Sequence record: SRR22947727_1587
Length of the DNA stretch: 42,242 nucleotides
Strand: one strand, 5' to 3'
The notes under the pieces are model-generated. The model saw only the letters and a program-made list of their open reading frames with translations. It was not told the origin of the DNA and ran no database searches. Shown piece by piece: positions 39,276-42,242 of the stretch (the stretch's first letter is position 1; each line of letters starts with the position of its first letter). The translations under genes and the position numbers were made by a program.

Positions 39276-42104
39276 TCAATCCACATAAATAAACCCAGCC
39301 GAATTCAGGATCGCATGGCAAAATGTTTCCAATGCTCCATCCGGTGATTCCTTCTCCAATAGCGTCAGCGTTTCCACGCCCAAATTGAGTTCCGTTTCGC
39401 CGGGCAATCGGCTCAACGCAATCTTATACACGCTCTCCACATTTTTTTGGACATCATCGGGAGTTTCATCCGCTACTCGCTCAGCCATCGCTTTCGCAAG
39501 TTCACGGACGCGGTTGTTGTTCATCATCATTAGACTCTGAGGCGATACCGTCGAAGTGCTTCGCGAAACGCAATTGGGGGCCATCTCCGGGTAGTCAAAA
39601 GTCGCCATCATCGATGGGATCTCGGTTCGCCGATATTGGATATACACGCTGCGCCTCAAGCCACCGCTATCTGTTGGTCTGGCATTAACGAAGCCCTCTC
39701 GATTGACTGTCACGCCGTCGGGCATGCCACCGGGAGTCGGATCGAGTTTGCCTGATATGAACAGTAACGAGTCGCGCAATGCCTCCGCATCCATCCGTCG
39801 AAGTGACATGCGGGAGAGCAATCGGTTCTGTGAATCGCGCTCCAATCGTTCGTCCGTGACCTTGCTTGATTGCTTCCAGGTCTGCGAATTCAGGATCAGC
39901 CGGTGCATTTCCTTGACGCTCCAGCCGCGTTCCATGAACTCAATTGCAAGCCAGTCGAGCAGCTCAGGATGACTGGGGCGCTCGCCTTGCAGTCCGAAGT
40001 TTTCGAGCGTTTTTACAAGCCCTGATCCGAAATGATGATGCCAGATTCGGTTCACCATCACCCGGGAAGTGAGGGGATGATCGCGCTGCGTCAGCCATTT
40101 TGCGAAAGCAAGGCGACGGCCGGATTTTTGGGTTCCGTCAGGAAAAGGTGGGGTAATTTCAAGAGGCGTTTGTCCATCGGTTAGGGCGGACGGCACACCA
40201 GGGCCCACGACTCGGCCGGGGCTGAGATATTCGCCGCGTCGATAGATGTAGGTCGGCGACGGATCGGCCCGATCAAACAGCGCCCGGATCGTCAGGGGTG
40301 ATTCCATGCTGCGCCTCGTCTTGTAAATCTCTTCATCAAGTTCATCGACGACCGCCTTCGCTTTCTGAACCGATTCCGGCTGCTCATGATTAGGGACGAC
40401 CATTGCGGTCTGCAATTTCTCGACCAGCAGACGTTGCGGCAGACTTCGCAGATTGTCCGCCCGCTTCAGAGCCACGAAAGTCGCTTCCCGGTCAGCTTCA
40501 GGTTGATCAGGAAAGTGCGCTTTCAACATTTCACGCTGCCATTGCACGATCTTCTTGCGCTTCAATGCTTCCTGATCCTTCACCTTCGATTCGAGAGGCG
40601 GATTGATTTTTTTCACCCGCATGCCGTGCTCCGGCGTCGCCGTGTTCAGCTTTCGATTCTTAAAAGTCAGCCAGTCATGCTCGTCGAGCGCTCCCTGAAA
40701 AATCGCCTTCAGCCGGTAGTAATCGCGCTGGGGAATCGGATCGTATTTGTGGGTGTGACAGCGCACGCATTCCATGGTCAGGCCCATCACGCCGGAGCCG
40801 AGCACACTGATCGCATCGCTGATCACTCCGATCCGGTTCTCGACATAATTCATCGTTCGCGATCCTGTTTCATCAATTCCCATTCGTAGAAAACCCGTTG
40901 CGATCAGGTTCTCCACCATCTTCTCCGTGATTGGATCGGCGTTTCCGGAGTCCAGCAATTCATCACCTGCGATCTGTTCAGTCAAAAACGCATCGTAGGG
41001 TTTGTCGTCGTTGAAAGCGTTGATGACATAGTCCCGATACTTCCAGGCAACTTCACGCAGAGGGTCCGAGGACAGGCCACCTTCGGAATCCGCGTAGCCT
41101 GCCACATCGAGCCAGTATCGTCCCCATCTCTCTCCGTAGTGAGGCGACTCAAGCAACTCATCGACCATTTTCGCAAACCAGTCAGCGCCGGAATTTTCAC
41201 GCCATTTCTTCCAATCGCCAACTGAAGGCGGCATCCCGATTAAGTCCAAATAGGCACGCCGAATTAACACATCCCGCTCTGCCTCGGGCGAAAAATCGAG
41301 CGACACTTCATTCAGCTTTCGCTTGATGAAAAAGTCGATCGAATCTCCCTTCGCCGGTCGTTTCGGCGGCTGAAAACTCCAGTGCTTGCGGTCATCATCC
41401 GAAACCAATGGGTCCGGCTTTGTCGTCGCCACATCTGGTTCCACCTCGCCGATCGGGGCGCCTTCCGTGATCCAGTCCCGCAGTTTCTTCAGTTCCGCTT
41501 TTCCCGGACGCTTCACAAAGTCCGATAGCAATCGAGCCTTCGGCGGGCACGCTTCGCTTTCGATTCGCTGAATCATCCGGCTCGCATCAGGACTTCCGGA
41601 TACAAACGCCGGTCCTGACTTTCCACCGGTCTTCATTGCCGTGACCGTTCGCAAATCCAGCCCGCCTTCCTGCTTCTGGCGGCCGTGACACGCAGAACAT
41701 CTCAGCAAAGTGATCGGCAACACATCGTGCTGATTCATCTTGGCCTTTGCCACTTTCGGCGGATTCAAAAACGTCGCGCCCCCGGCGATCCATTTGCGAA
41801 TGCTCTCCACGTCCTTATGGGAAAGCTTGTCGCCTTTCTTCGGCATCTCGCCTTTGTGAACCAGTTCGTAGAGGTGACTCTTTTCGGGATCACCCGCTTC
41901 AAAAACTGGTCCCGATTCCCCTCCTTTGACAATGCCTTCTAACGTCGTCAAATTCAGCTCGCCCTTCATCTTCTCGGCGCTGTGACATTCAGCACAGTGG
42001 GCTTTCAAAATGGGAGCGACCGTGGTCTCAAACATCACAGGCGATTCCCCGCGCCCGATGAACGGGGCGAATACAAGGAGCAAGACAGTGAGAGAACGCC
42101 GCAT
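39276..42104 (-). CDS. Secreted protein with two planctomycete cytochrome c domains, DUF1549 and DUF1553
   Basis: Signal peptide from ATG 42104 (42128 possible); CAECH, CSACH, CVRCHTHKYDP; YGERWGRYWLDVAGYADS; HPLTSRVMVNRIW and RRMDAEALRDSLL. Confidence 0.9.
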   Translation of the reverse strand: MRRSLTVLLLVFAPFIGRGESPVMFETTVAPILKAHCAECHSAEKMKGELNLTTLEGIVKGGESGPVFEAGDPEKSHLYELVHKGEMPKKGDKLSHKDVESIRKWIAGGATFLNPPKVAKAKMNQHDVLPITLLRCSACHGRQKQEGGLDLRTVTAMKTGGKSGPAFVSGSPDASRMIQRIESEACPPKARLLSDFVKRPGKAELKKLRDWITEGAPIGEVEPDVATTKPDPLVSDDDRKHWSFQPPKRPAKGDSIDFFIKRKLNEVSLDFSPEAERDVLIRRAYLDLIGMPPSVGDWKKWRENSGADWFAKMVDELLESPHYGERWGRYWLDVAGYADSEGGLSSDPLREVAWKYRDYVINAFNDDKPYDAFLTEQIAGDELLDSGNADPITEKMVENLIATGFLRMGIDETGSRTMNYVENRIGVISDAISVLGSGVMGLTMECVRCHTHKYDPIPQRDYYRLKAIFQGALDEHDWLTFKNRKLNTATPEHGMRVKKINPPLESKVKDQEALKRKKIVQWQREMLKAHFPDQPEADREATFVALKRADNLRSLPQRLLVEKLQTAMVVPNHEQPESVQKAKAVVDELDEEIYKTRRSMESPLTIRALFDRADPSPTYIYRRGEYLSPGRVVGPGVPSALTDGQTPLEITPPFPDGTQKSGRRLAFAKWLTQRDHPLTSRVMVNRIWHHHFGSGLVKTLENFGLQGERPSHPELLDWLAIEFMERGWSVKEMHRLILNSQTWKQSSKVTDERLERDSQNRLLSRMSLRRMDAEALRDSLLFISGKLDPTPGGMPDGVTVNREGFVNARPTDSGGLRRSVYIQYRRTEIPSMMATFDYPEMAPNCVSRSTSTVSPQSLMMMNNNRVRELAKAMAERVADETPDDVQKNVESVYKIALSRLPGETELNLGVETLTLLEKESPDGALETFCHAILNSAGFIYVD

Positions 42105-42206
42105 TCGATTTGAGATTCCCGTAACCATAGCCGGAAACCCGTCTTTCTGCCGAGTCTGGACATGGCGCAGTTGCGGTCAGGCGATCTCCCCAGCGGTATG
42201 GAAAAA

Positions 42207-42242
42207 CGAAGTAACCCTGTTGATTCATCGAACCAACAGGGT
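42207..42242. repeat. 43-bp element, mirror isoform, truncated by the window end
   Basis: CGAAGTAACCCTGTTGATTC-ATC-GAACCAACAGGGT... Confidence 0.82.

Noticed and set aside
1-42242. Repeats as a CRISPR array or integron attC sites
   Set aside because: Copies are kilobases apart with no spacer periodicity and no cas genes. They lack RYYYAAC/GTTRRRY ends, flanking genes are not uniformly oriented, and no integrase is present.

Overview
A 42 kb chromosomal segment, most likely from a PVC-superphylum bacterium (Verrucomicrobiota or Planctomycetota). This is inferred from gene content: two cytochrome-c/DUF1549/DUF1553 genes, a Tat-type DUF1501 gene and a PQQ-like propeller. The housekeeping part is gltB-gltD, preceded by a good sigma54 promoter match. 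Most of the rest is catabolic: (i) a uxuA-like dehydratase, an enolase-superfamily enzyme and an MFS transporter; (ii) secreted esterase-sialidase-like and propeller hydrolases; (iii) an SDR, CoA transferase, thiolase and MHS transporter operon; (iv) an uncharacterised cluster of GNAT, enolase-like, DHDPS-like, epimerase and paired amidohydrolase genes. Three accessory genes are interrupted: an esterase-like gene, a small membrane protein and a SEC-C/RelE-like gene. The most striking non-coding feature is a dispersed 43-bp REP/REPIN-like element with 20+3+20 geometry. It has 8 copies in two mirror isoforms, sits at gene-module junctions, supplies the stop codon of three ORFs, and is cut by both window ends. 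No rRNA, tRNA, CRISPR array, transposase or integrase was recognised. All calls come from reading motifs by eye; no searches were run.
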